From Felis catus (taxonomy: Eukaryota), in assembly GCF_018350175.1 (NCBI RefSeq), contig NC_058382.1, forward strand, positions 51,338,001 to 51,402,000: DNA of 64,000 bases, written 5' to 3'. The notes beneath the pieces are model-generated. The model worked only from the letters and a program-made list of their open reading frames with translations. It was not told where the DNA came from and ran no database searches. Below are positions 23,339-35,550 of the stretch, piece by piece (positions within the stretch are counted from its first letter, which is position 1; each line of letters begins with the position of its first letter). Position numbers and translations under genes: made by a program.

Positions 23339-26300
23339 TAGCTGTGTGGGGTACAGAAGTAACACATATTTAGCTTTCCTCGTGTTCTCAAAGCCAATCA
23401 AATCAACATAATGCAGTGAGGTCCATACATAGTATCCTCAAGACTTAAAAAATAAACTGACTTTTCAATCCTTCAAATGACTAACGAGCACACTAGTTCA
23501 ATGAGAAATTCTTTGGACTTTATGCCAGACTTATGTTGTGGGGAAAAAGCTGACTAACAGAAATATGTGGAAATTATCTAGTTTATAATAACCGTCTCTG
23601 TAGTGATCTCAGAAAGCATCTGATTGCCAAATCAATATTGATTTCTTTCTGTGCTGGGGTGTGTGCGTGTGTGTATGAGTAGTTTTTCCCTGGGCTGTGC
23701 AGAAACATAATACAGGCTCATGAAAGTTAGCTCCTTTTCTTCAAGTCATTTACATGGATATGTATGCATGCGCTTCAAAATAAAAACTTGATTGATGGGC
23801 TTAAATAATGCCTTAAAAATTTAAGACCGAAGACAATCCTATAAATCCTTGATTACCCTTTGGAATTTCCCCTGGCCACCGAGGAAATCAATGGGGCCGG
23901 CACTGGTTAAATTGACATCCACCTGTTGCCAATGTCGAAACATGTAGACTCAAGGTTCCAAGGAGAGCGAAGGCTAGTAACAGAGACCGCGTTTTAAAAT
24001 CGGGTGACTCAGTGATAGAAGTGAAGGTCTGTTTTCCATTTAGTTTAAACTGAGCTTCCCTATGAAGACATTCTAGAAGGTTTTGACATGGAAAAATAAC
24101 CAGACGCAGAAGACACTTTTATTTGGTGTCAGGCCGTGCGCTTAGTTCTTGAGGTTAACTGACAGCAGTCAATTATTTCCAGGACTGCCTTACCCTTGCC
24201 TTGCGCTAGGCAAGGCCCAGAAATGGGTGGAAAGATCTGGCAAATCCACCCCCCTGGAAGGGCAGGCAAGTCGCTCCCCTCCCAAGTGAAGCTCAGTCTG
24301 CTGGGAACCGGGCAGCAACGTCTTAGGTGCGATCATTCCTCCGGGAGAGGCAAGCATCTACAAAAGCATATTGATCCCTCCAATGCAACTTAGGAGATCC
24401 AATTTCAATACTTTAAATGCTATTCGCTGTACTTAACTTTCAGCCGTACGGTTTTAAGGCTGGTCCGAAGAGATGATGAGACCTAGTGGTTTTTAAAATG
24501 TGTACTGCAGAAGTTTAGGCCTCTTCAGAGAACTCTGGATCACAGACCGTGGTTTGGGGCAGAAGGGCTGAAATGGGGGAGGAGAAGTCTGGCCTCACAG
24601 CCTGTCACTCCGGACTTTGCTCAGAGAAGCTCTCCTCTCACTTGTATCGCTGTTATTACTAGGATGACGACGATTTGCGTCTATAGCTGACCCAGGCTGT
24701 TCCATCAATTTCAGGTGTACAACATAGTGACCCAACGCGTTTCTCATTTGTTTCATTTGTCACCTCCGTGCAGGACTTCTCAGCTTCGAAAGCAGGTTCT
24801 TGTTTGTACACGAATGAATACATTTTATCACCGGATGTCATTTATTCAAGAGACAGTTTTTTGAGCAGCGACCATGTCCCAGGTATTGTGCCGGTGTGGG
24901 AGGCTACAAAAAGTAGGCAAGTCATGTTTCTGCTACCCTGAGGTCTGAGCTGCTGTAAGAGCCCTTCGGGGAAAGTGCCGCAGGATACAGGGGAAAAGAT
25001 AGCCTGGGGAAATCATTAGGACCCACAACAGTTGAAGTGACTCACGCCAAGTGACACAGGGAAGGCGGAGCCAACTATTTAGATGTTCCCTGTTCTAGAC
25101 CATGCTGCTTCGAACAAGAATGGCGACCACATACGAAACTCACTCTTGACAGACTGTGCCTTTTACACACACGCTGTACAGACTATATGTTTTAGCCACA
25201 TAATTTATGTCTTTGCCATTTATGTATCTCCAGTGCCTCACACAGGACTAAGCACAGAAGGGGCAACCAATGAATGTTTGCCTAATTTTCTCCTTATCAG
25301 ACATGGAAAAGAACAGACATGGAAATGAACAGAGGAAAAGTGCTTTGAAAGTAGTTATCCAGATCAATACCAACACTGTGGTCGAAGACAGGAACGGGCT
25401 AAGATATTGGGAGGAGCGGATGAATACACATGAAGGAGAGAAACATTATCCCCCCAGTGCCATCGCCGTGTGTTTTGACAAAGATGCTCTTCTCCTGAAT
25501 TTTACCCTACAACAAGAACTTAGTGAACGTTTAGGAATTTTAAAAGGCCGGGAGAGAAAGTGCTTTCTTTCACAGACTTAGACTTGTAAGATGGATGGAA
25601 AGGCATTTCTCATTTTGGAAGTTCCCACCCTTTGATTCCAGCATCCCATAGGATTGCTAAAACACATTCAACATTTTTATATTGGAATGAACACATTTTT
25701 GGCTCCCAAAGTATTCCTTTTGGTTCAATCCATACTTGTATGGAAAGGCACGTGAACTTTACTTAACTTCCTTTAAAGACTATAGCCGTGGATTACTTGG
25801 ATACTGATACGTGGTGTCATTTTGGAAAATGTATGTTATTGCTTATTGTGATTTAAATTTCAAAAAAATCACTGTGTTCTCCTGATCTTGGAAAGGTAGG
25901 AGCATGGGATAAAAACTGCGCAGAAATTTGATGATGCCCTCCCGAGGACATATTAAAATTATATATTTAAATATAATTAAATTTATAATTTAAAGGAAAC
26001 TTTAAATATTAAAATCATTAACCCCAATTCTTTGAAAAGATAAAACAGACATAATACTAGGTGACTAGACTTTTTTTTTTTTTTTTTTTTTAGCTCCTAA
26101 CATAGTTGTAACTCTTGAATGAAACCCTAACTCCTCTAAAATACAAGCAAGGCACATCCAATTAATCATACGAATTTCCCGCTCCATGGTCTCCAGACAG
26201 GTCGCATTCCTAAGATGTTAATTTAAGCTTTCATTCAACCTCTAAGTAGAATGAGTCCATAAAGCAAGACTCTACAACAACAGCTAAGCAAATGCGATCT

Positions 26301-26491
26301 TAACGCATTGTGGCAAAATCGCACCCTTGTCTTAACAGAGATATTATCACAGCTCTTGCTCTACTTATATTGTAGTAGGGAATTATTTAAAAAATACTCT
26401 ACATGTCCAGTTGAACCTGGGGAAGACTTTATGTGTTTCTAATTTTGTTTAGATCTCGCCAATAGTTCTCCTTACATTTTTACCTATTTTC

Positions 26492-26713
26492 TTTAAAAAA
26501 AAAATTTTTTTTAACGTTTATTTATTTTTGAGACAGAGAGACAGAGCATGAACAGGGGAGGGGCAGAGAGAGAGGGAGACACAGAATCTGAAACAGGCTC
26601 CAGGCTCTGAGCTGTCACCACAGAGCCTGACATGGGGCTCGAACTCACGGACCGCGAGATAGTGACCTGAGCTGAAGTCGGACGCTTAACCAACCGAGCC
26701 ACCCAGGCGCCCC
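26492..26713 (-). mobile_element. Can-SINE (felid type)
   Basis: TSD catttttacctattttc. Confidence 0.92.
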
Positions 26714-28000
26714 TCATTTTTACCTATTTTCAAGGAGGTGTCTGTGTGTGCAAAGAGACTGACAAGGGACCAAATTTGCAGAACGCCATCACCAATTAAG
26801 GCCCTTCTTCCATTTCTCAAAACTAACTCCTACCCATCAGGGGACATTTAGGACCTGCTGGATACCCACCGAAGATTTAGTTTTAGGCAGGGCTACAAAA
26901 TATGGATGGAGGAGAGAAGGAATCAGGTTTAACTGAAGACAAAGCGTAAAGGCAAATAGCAGCTCCAGGCTGGTCTCATGTTCAGTGACAATGCGTCAAT
27001 TATCTGGTTAATTCGATCAACGCAGACAGCGCCAGGGGGGTATTTCAGGTTCCAGAGATGAAAGAAAGGAGGATCTCTGTCATTCTGCTTTGCTCTTTGC
27101 ATCATTTCTGGCCTTATTCTTTGTTGTGGTCTTTCTGCAAATAATCTCTGTGTAATGGCAAACCTTGAGTCCCAGGCGGGATCGTGCCAACCTACTAGAA
27201 AAGCTTTGCGTTCACGAACAAAACCGGAGAGAGAAACGACGACAACAAATGGGTGCCTGTCACGAGTCAGTAAAAAACCTAGTTCTCACCCGGAATGATG
27301 TGCACTTTGTTCCGATCGCCTGCGGCAGGAGCCGTGAGAAGCATCCCGCCCGCTTCCGGACTCGGGTTGTTTTGTGGCCACAGAACTTGGTTTGCGTACA
27401 TTTGCTCAGAGATGGATCAAAGGCCTCGTGGCAACACTAATGAAGCATCGTTGCTCTAAAACTCTTACCTTGCAAGCTAAATATACGTGTCTAAAGAAAA
27501 GAGAACTTTCCTAAAGAGACGGAAAAGAGGTTTCCCGCTCAGATGCTTGATGGAAAAGAAACAGAACACAGAACATCGAACCCAAACGAACAAACAAAAG
27601 GTTTGCAACAATACCCAAAAATCTTGAATCAGAATTCCATTCTTATGCGGTAGGGTTAATGAAAGGGTCATTTCGGGGACTGGATCCACTGCTGAGCTCC
27701 CAACCACCCCAACTTCAGTCCAACGTGATGTAGACTTCGTGCTCTCGTGTCTGAAATCCAAGAGCTGAGAGGGTTGGAAGACGCTTTCCTAACTACAGCT
27801 TTTCTCTGAGCAGGTGATGCGAGATCTCTGAGGGACCTCCCACCACACAGACAGAGGTGACAGGACCTAGTATTTCAAGTGACAAGATAATAGGAATTTT
27901 AGTGAATTAACAATCATGGTCACCATCTAGAACCACGGTGCAAACTCAAGCATCTACTGGGGCCGTAAGTTCCCTGCTCTTGAGAGATGTCCAAATCTCT

Positions 28001-28029
28001 ATTTTTAATGTTTATTTCTTTCTTTGAGA

Positions 28030-28085
<56 letters not shown>

Positions 28086-28239
28086 AAGAGGCAGAGAGAG
28101 AGAGACAGAGAATCCCAAGCAGGTTCTGTGCTGTTAGTGCAGAGCGGGACACAGGCCTTGAACCCACAGAACCATGAGATCATGATCTGAGCTGAAATCA
28201 AGAGTCAGAAGCTTAAGTGACTGAGCCACCCAGGCGCCC
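28001..28239 (-). mobile_element. Can-SINE containing a (GA)n tract (about 28033-28081)
   Basis: TSD ccaaatctct. Confidence 0.9.
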
Positions 28240-28372
28240 CCAAATCTCTCGAAGAGATTTCTTATAATCTTTAAGAAATGATTTTTATCCATCCACTGTT
28301 TTTCTCTTACCTCTAAGGAAATGACAGCCTACCAAAGTAAGGTGGTTTGCTTGGATTAAAACCTTCTTGGCA

Positions 28373-28590
28373 GGGGCGCCTGGGTGGCTCAGTCGGTGAA
28401 GTGTCTGACTTCTGCTTAGGTCATGATCTTACGGTTTGTGAGTTCCAGCCCCGCGTCAGGCTCTGTGCTGACAGCTGGGAGCTTGAAGTCTGCTTTGGAT
28501 TCAGCGTCTCCCTCTCTCTCTCTGCCCCTCCCCTCAACTCTCTCTCTCTCTCTCTCTCAAAAATAAACACACCGCAAAACTAGCTATAAA
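28373..28590 (+). mobile_element. Can-SINE
   Basis: TSD aaaac(c/t)ttcttggca. Confidence 0.9.
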
Positions 28591-29006
28591 AAAACTTTCT
28601 TGGCATTCAGGCAAGTGTTCTTTCCACTAGATCATTCCACCTCCTAGGCCAGTGGACCTATGCGGTGAATAGGGGCAAGAGGCTTATCCAAACGGCAGAT
28701 ACAGACAACATGGGATTATCTCAAGGGCATTCCTCCTCTACTCCCTAACGTTCATGGCGGTCAAGTGCAGGGCTGAGAAGCTGGCACCTCAATGTGAAAA
28801 CCGGCGCCCTGTCTTGGAGACCCATCAGATTCCCACCCTCTTTGCCAAAATACGAGCTGCTGTCTGTTCCTCTTGGCACTCTGCGAGTTGGCTCACGAGG
28901 AAACAGATCTGCACGAGGAGGGGCGTTCCTCGAGCTAGCTCAGAGCGGGCCATCACTACCAACACAGCGAGAGGCACCGAGAAGTGAGCAAACAGAAGGG
29001 GCTTAC

Positions 29007-29251
29007 TTCAAAGACCAGCGTCTCGTTGGTAGGTCCTGGCGCATACAGACGTTCCGGGTGGTTGAAGGCCCGCTGGTACTCAAACACGGTCCCAGCGAAG
29101 GTGAACTCCCCAGGCCAGTCGATGCTCCAGCCCCCCGTGAGGTAATACTTCTGACCGAGGCTTCTGACTGCCAGGTAACCAGCGGAGGGCTGTAGCTCCT
29201 GGACCTCGATGCTTCGGGCCCCCGCTGGCACGGTGACTACAGGATAATATT
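29007..29251 (-). CDS. ADAMTS18: ADAMTS18 exon ~16 (245 nt), spacer domain: (E)YYPVVTVPAGARSIEVQELQ...PGPTNETLVFE
   Basis: cccgtttag acceptor, gtaagc donor; within ORF 28956..29366. Confidence 0.95.
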
Positions 29252-29959
29252 CTAAACGGGAAGAACAGAACAATGCTGTTTTCCACGTTGCACACTGCAG
29301 CAACGGGGCCAAGATGCTCAGAGATGTGGTGATGTCCACTATTCTAGAGCGGGGCGGGGGCACCACGAGCGCACATTCGTTCGCGCTCTACAAAGTGCAA
29401 ACCATCAGTGATGTCACTTTCCCAGGGGAAGGAACACCAGAGAGAAAGTGTATGTGCCTTCCCCAAGCACCTGTGTGTGGACAGCAGGGACGCTCTTCTC
29501 CTTTCCACAACAACCAAGGCCACCAAATCCAAGAACGCTTTCTATTTTCCATCTACCTGGGAAAAGGCAGTGATGTTCGGGACAGAGCACTCTGCGTTTC
29601 ATTTTACTCAAGATTCGTTTGGAGAAGTGCTTCGGGTATTCATGTAACGTTGTGAGTGCGGCTCAGGGGTCACATCCTGAATCAGAAGCTTCAAAAGCAG
29701 TCCTTTGTGTAACAAAGGCGGGGAGAACGTGGGACGGACTGCCAGGTAGAAAGGCATCTGTGTGACACGCCTCTGAGTCGGACGTGTTGGCCGAACCCCT
29801 CGCCCCGAGAAACCACCCATCCTCTGCTGTCCTTGCAACGTGTCTGAGACATCGTCCTCGGTATGTCAGGCGAGCTGGTGCATGGCTCGACCATACCCAT
29901 CTGGACTCAAACGTGCTTAGCAGCAAAGCCACGGCCACGAAACAGCAGGCGTCTCTTAC

Positions 29960-30083
29960 CATTTGCCTTGTGCTGGTTGAGGTACAGGCCTTTATAAAAC
30001 TTGCAAGTTGAATTATCCCCTTTGCAAACACCACACGCGTCCAAAACTGCGTTAGAGCCCAGTTCATGGTCGCATCCCACTGG
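29960..30083 (-). CDS. ADAMTS18: ADAMTS18 exon ~15 (124 nt): PVGCDHELGSNAVLDACGVCKGDNSTCKFYKGLYLNQHKAN
   Basis: ttgtcacag acceptor, gtaaga donor; GCD...D.CGVC.GDNSTC motif; within ORF 29907..30125. Confidence 0.95.
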
Positions 30084-30900
30084 CTGTGACAAAAATAAAT
30101 AAACAGATAAAAGTGCGAAAATCAAGGATCAGAAAAGCCCGTGGGTAAGAATAACCAAGACGTATGTACATGGGTCCCTGTTTTTCTCTCTTAAGAAAAT
30201 CAGAAAGCGAGTACAGTTTTAGGGTTAAAAGCAGAGTCTCAAGTTTGACCGGGGCTTCTGATCCTTCCTCTGCCTTGACCAGAGGTAGGACTAGGGAAGT
30301 TCTAGAACTCATCTAAAGCTTGCTGAGTCTCTTCATTTGGAAAACTGGAATAAAAAGTCACTGGCAAGTGAGCTCTGCTGCTGAAACATAACAATGCTGG
30401 GCCACCTGCATGACCCCCACCCCTCCCCACTCAATCCCCCCAAAGAACACAGACACATAGACACACACACACACAGGCTCGCGATGGAATTAAAAGGCAG
30501 ACTAACTGGCCATAAATATGAGTACTGTTTCATAACACATCTGTGGGGCTCTAACCACATAACAAACATACTTAGCAAACATGCTGGGCAAATTTACTAT
30601 TATCTATATTCTTATTTAATTGTTGCGACTACTGGGTGTAGCAAGGTATGTCATCATCTCCACTGCATACATGTGGGGACGGAGTGAAGAGGAAGGAACT
30701 AAGAATGTCCGGCGGGGTCTCGCAGAGAGTAAGTGGGGACATTGGAGACAGTCCTCAGTTCGGATTTGCCAACAGAGCCCTTGTCCCTACGCCGCCTTTT
30801 CTCCAGACACAGAATCTCTTGTATCACTTCTCACGGTACACGTTTGGTATGAGGAAACACAAGCGTGACCACACGTCCCAAAGTAGAAATGTTCGCTTAC

Positions 30901-31031
30901 TTCACAGATCCCATCAATACAAACGTCGTGTTTGTTTGGGGAGCAAGGAGTTCCGTCTTTCACCTTGCCAGACATTGCGAAAAAAAATTCAAAGTTCTCA
31001 GCCTTGCAGTACAGTTTACATCGATCTGCCT
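30901..31031 (-). CDS. ADAMTS18: ADAMTS18 exon ~14 (131 nt): (E)ADRCKLYCKAENFEFFFAMSGKVKDGTPCSPNKHDVCIDGICE, Cys-rich domain
   Basis: ttgcttctag acceptor, gtaagc donor; within ORF 30787..31041. Confidence 0.95.
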
Positions 31032-31327
31032 CTAGAAGCAAAGACAGCAGGACAGGACGTGATCAGGAGGAAATCACCGGAAAATGACATGATGACCAAA
31101 AAGGGTACATTACATTTATTTAGAAAGCGACCGTGACTGAAATGGTCAATGTTACGATTTTGTATGTGGGTATGGGTGTGCACGCACGAATGCACGTATA
31201 CGTGGCTTTTAAAAACTTGAATCCCATTTACAATTCATGTAAAACTGCTTTCACACACAACCATTTTATTTTTCTAATCCTTGGTAAGAGCCACAGTACA
31301 CGTGATGGGTGGTTTGTACAGCTACCC

Positions 31328-31482
31328 TCATCGGTTAGCAAATATCTCAGGCTTTCCAGGACTTAGGGTCCACTACGGACGATATAAAAATGGAGGAGTG
31401 TTTCTGTGTTCCAATAAAACTTTATTTAAAAAAAAGAAAACAGGTCAGATTTGTCCCTCAGGCCATTGTTTGCTGACCTTGA
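31328..31482 (+). mobile_element. MER58A-like hAT-Charlie element
   Basis: ctgtgttccaataaaactttattta...cagatttgtccctcaggccattgtttgctgacc matches the recalled MER58A 3' end. Confidence 0.7.
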
Positions 31483-32014
31483 CTTAAGACATGGATTACT
31501 TTAGATATTTACTGAGAAAAAAGTTTAGGCACTTTGGGGAACAACAACAACAAAAAAGACATATGGTTCATGTTTATAAAACATACAGAGAATAACCATG
31601 TCATAAAAATGAGGAGGAAACAAACTGAACCTAAAGGCCAAAAAATGTAACTTTTATTGACTCTAAAGTGCCTGGGAAGTTTCTGGTATCACAGGCAAGA
31701 AGAAAAAAAAATTTACTGTGTTTCTACAGAGCTCTTGCTATCGGAAAGGAATTATGCCAATTTCCCAAATACAAATCGTTCTTCTTGGCCAGCACGGCCA
31801 GATGACATTTCTCACAGGAGACTGCGTGGGCGACAGCACACGCAAGCCCTGACGACAGCTGCACAACAAACGTGTAAACAGTTTTCAAATAGCTGTGCAT
31901 CACAGAACCTCTCAGGAACAAAGTCCAAACTTCGATGCGAAAGAAGTTAGATTAATGTGATCCAAGTATGCAGATGTGTGGGTGGGCTAAAAGTCTCTCC
32001 TTTACCTAGAAGTT

Positions 32015-32256
32015 TCTTTTTTAATTTTAAGGGTTTTTTTTTAATGTATTTTGAGAGAGAGACAGACAGACAGAGGGAGAGCATGAGAGCACACGCAAGG
32101 GGGGGAGGGGCAGAGCCAGAGGGGGAGAGAGAATCCCAAGCAGGCTCCATTCTGTCAGCGCAGAGCCCAATGAGGGGTTCGATCTCAGGGAGCGTGAGAT
32201 CATGACGAGAGGCAAAACCAAGAGTTGGATGCTTAAGTGAGCCACCCAGATGTCCC
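32015..32256 (-). mobile_element. Can-SINE
   Basis: TSD cctagaa(g/a)tttctttt. Confidence 0.9.
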
Positions 32257-32773
32257 TAGAAATTTCTTTTAATAGCCTTATTGAATACCTCCTAATTTTT
32301 GCACATGAGATTATGGAAGACATATCTATACCCTTTCTTTTCTCCATCATGCCTAGGAATTGACAAGCTCTAGAAAGTTCTGGTTTTCCCCGCACAAGCT
32401 CCTGGGCAAGTCTGTGAACTAGTCTACTGGAAACAAAGCAGGAAAAAAGTCTCACTACCAGAAGACAAAGACTGCCTGCATTTATTTAGAATCTTCCCTT
32501 GTTCTTCCCAAACTGCTGAATTGTCACAAGACCTTTAAATCAGGGTCGGTCTTTCCTGATTCTAAGTACACGTTAGAAGGAGAAGAAGCAGAGAGCCCAG
32601 GCTGGGTCCCTGCTTAAGTCAACGTTGTCCCCCTGCATCTAGCAGAATGGCTCCTGTGCCATAAATGCTCAGTAAACATCTGTGAGTGAGTGAATAAAAT
32701 GGCAGGCTCCTTACTTAGTAAGGCTGTGATTAAATGAGTGAAAAGCTTTGAAACCAAAAAATATTTTACAGGT

Positions 32774-33190
32774 GGGGTGTCTGGGTGGCTCAGTCGGTTA
32801 AGTGTCCAACTTCGGCTCAGGGCATGATCTCACGGTCTCTGAGTTAGAGCCCCACATCAGGCTCTGTGCTGACAGCTCAGAGCCTGTATTTGGGAAATTG
32901 GCGTAATTCCTTTCTGATAGCAAGCTCTGTAGAAACACAGTAAATTTTTTTCTTCTTGCCTGTGATACCAGAAACTTCCCAGGCACTTTAGAGTCAATAA
33001 AAGTTACGTTGTGTGTTAAAGCAGTTTTACATGAACTGTAAATGGGATTCAGGTTTTTAATAGCCACATATACGTGCATTCATGCATGTACACCCATGTG
33101 TTCGGATTCTGTGTTTCCCTCTCTCTCTGCCCCTCCCCTGTTCGCACTCTCTCTCTCAAAAATAAAATAAAAACATAAAAGAAATTTAAA
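32774..33190 (+). mobile_element. Can-SINE interrupted by a 212-bp inverted copy of nearby intronic sequence
   Basis: SINE 5' part ends ...gacagctcagagcct and resumes ttcggattctgtg at 33101; TSD tattttacaggt. Confidence 0.92.
32886..33097 (-). repeat. Inverted duplicate of 31647-31772 fused to 31172-31261
   Basis: hand alignment: segment A has 2 substitutions and two 2-bp indels over about 124 bp; segment B has 8 substitutions in 90 bp. Confidence 0.95.
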
Positions 33191-33220
33191 AATTATTTTA
33201 CAGGTTATATTTATTTGCTT

Positions 33221-33385
33221 GGGGCACCTGGGTGGCTCAGTCAGTTAAGCTCCCGACTCCTGATTTCAACTCAGGTCATGATCTCACAGTTCGTGAGTTC
33301 AAGCCCCACATCAGGCTCCATGCTTTCAGTGTGGAGCCTGCTTGGGATTCTCTCTCTCTCAAAATAAATAAATGTAAAAAAATAA
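33221..33385 (+). mobile_element. Can-SINE (internally shortened)
   Basis: ggggcacctgggtggctcag head and aaaataaataaatg tail. Confidence 0.88.
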
Positions 33386-35075
33386 TTAGCTGGTTAACTT
33401 TCTCCTCATGTACTCGACACAGAACCTACTTAAAGGGTGATAACAAAACACGTTCCATAAACACTGAATTTGAACGAAAGGCGCACTGTGGGAACGACCA
33501 AGGAATACCCAAGAAGACAAAGCAAAGAAAAGAAGGGCAAGTGAAAGGAAGGACAAGAGAGTCTGGGGGAAAGAGCCATACGTGAGAAACAGGGAACCAC
33601 GGGAGTATACAACCAAGAGAAAATAAATCTTCAAAGGCTGGACTGGAGAGCACCTTAATGTATTCTACCTAACTGTCCCCGGGAACCTGTGTGCAGAGCC
33701 CCTCCTAGATAATAACTCAGTCCCTGGTAGGATGCCTCCAGTGAAGGAGAGCCTACTACTCATGAAGGGAAGATACATCCATTACAGACAGTTGGGATTT
33801 ATGTCTTCGCTCATTCGTTCTGGAAGTTACAAGCATGTGGCAAGGGCTATTCTCAGATGCTGGAGATACAAGCATGCTCAAAATGGACCAAGGCTTCATC
33901 CCACGGAATGTAAATTCTTGTGGGGAGAAAGATAATGAAAAAGTGATTATATAATATAAGCTCATGCACAAATAAGAGCTATGAAGAATCCAGCAGGTTA
34001 AGGATTCAGAGGATGACAAGAAGGAAGGATATTCTGGGCAGGCTGGCCAGAGAGGCCTCCCGGGGGAGGTACTACGTCTAGGAAGTTCTTAGCTCTTGAA
34101 TTAAGTCTATCCTCTGAAGCGATTTCAAATAAATCTAAATCCCCTTCTAGTTATTATCTCTGAATTTTTGTAGGTAACTAGTTACTTTTTTCTTGCCCTT
34201 GGCAAGCTTCCAAATTATTCCACTGGAGAATTCTTTGTCAAATGAATGTATTCCCAGCTTTATCACTGAAAGCCAAGAGAAAATGAAATGGCCCTTAGAC
34301 AAGCTAACTTTGCAGGCACACATTTCTTCCAGAAAACACGAAAGAGGCGTACCATTGAGTGTAACTTTCAAAAACTGTTTAAAACTCATTAATAAAGGTT
34401 GTACATATCTCTTAGTGCAGTTTAAAACCCTGGACACCGCCATAAATGCTGAGTTTCTATTTTTAAAAAAAAACGTGTACAGATTGCTCGTTGCTTCCTC
34501 CCAAGGCACAGATTTCAGAATCTTCACGTCCATCTCCACCTGGGCTTTTGGACAAACAGTCATGACCCAGGACCATGTCAGCACTCCTGCAATGGTTGAA
34601 CCGGTGCTGAGCAAAGTGCCACTACCCTCTCCTTTGATTTGCTACGTGTTGTGTGTTGTCTCTGACTCTGCTCCCTTCTCTACTCTAACCGGTAACACGG
34701 GTTCATCTCGAGCTTTTGCTCAGCTACATCCCTCCAGTTTATTTCCCACCAACTGTCACTAAATTCAGTGTGTCCCCATTCTGCACGTGTGCACTGGGGG
34801 GTTCACAGTTATCCTTTCTCAAGGGAGGACGGCTGGGTTTTGATAAAGCAAGTGAATGGAAGTAAGAGAAAGCAAATAACCAGAAGGGTGACAGCTTCGT
34901 CTGCGGAGGCAAGACGTTAAATTTGTATGTAAGGCATTAAATTTGTGGGACTAAAATAAATGTTTTGATACTGAGGTAAAATAAAAACAATTTAATATAA
35001 AAAAGTAAAATATAAGCCATAACTTTAAGTAATAAGTACTGAGAACCCAGAAGAGAGACAATTTTAAATTCATGG

Positions 35076-35077
<2 letters not shown>

Positions 35078-35110
<33 letters not shown>
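35078..35110 (+). repeat. (TG)n microsatellite
   Basis: read directly. Confidence 0.9.
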
Positions 35111-35111
<1 letters not shown>

Positions 35112-35550
35112 ATGTGTGTTTATACCCTGCAAATAGGCCTTCCCAAGCGTGCAATCATCTGACATGTCAGTTGCTGAATATGGTGTCTCTATGGGGCATA
35201 TATGATTTCATGAGTTTTTGGTCTGGACAATTCAGACCAATTTCAATTAACATCCCTGGGAGACTTCATTGCTGACATGCCAAAGGTAAGTTTAGAAACA
35301 TAAGTACATTCCAAATACACGAACCCTTTGGCTGCAGATGTGGGGGGACCAGGGGTGTCTTGTGAAGAAAAAAGTAGGGAAAAATAAACAAAACTCATGG
35401 ACGTGAATGGAAAGCTGGGCCAGGACGGGTCTGGGGGATGATGTCAACACTGACACTCTTTTGTACCGGCACCAATTTCTCCTGTGTGTTCATTCACATT
35501 ACTGTCCACAGAGAGACAGCTTGGTTGGAGGTTCGTAGAGACCGAATTAC

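Noticed and set aside
32886..33097. Insert as a spliced, retrocopied transcript fragment
   Set aside because: The skipped 385 bp lacks GT-AG ends on either strand, and the insert has no poly-A or TSD
34147..34762. 155-aa and 189-aa ORFs on opposite strands
   Set aside because: No motif; the ADAMTS18 exon chain is complete and in phase without them
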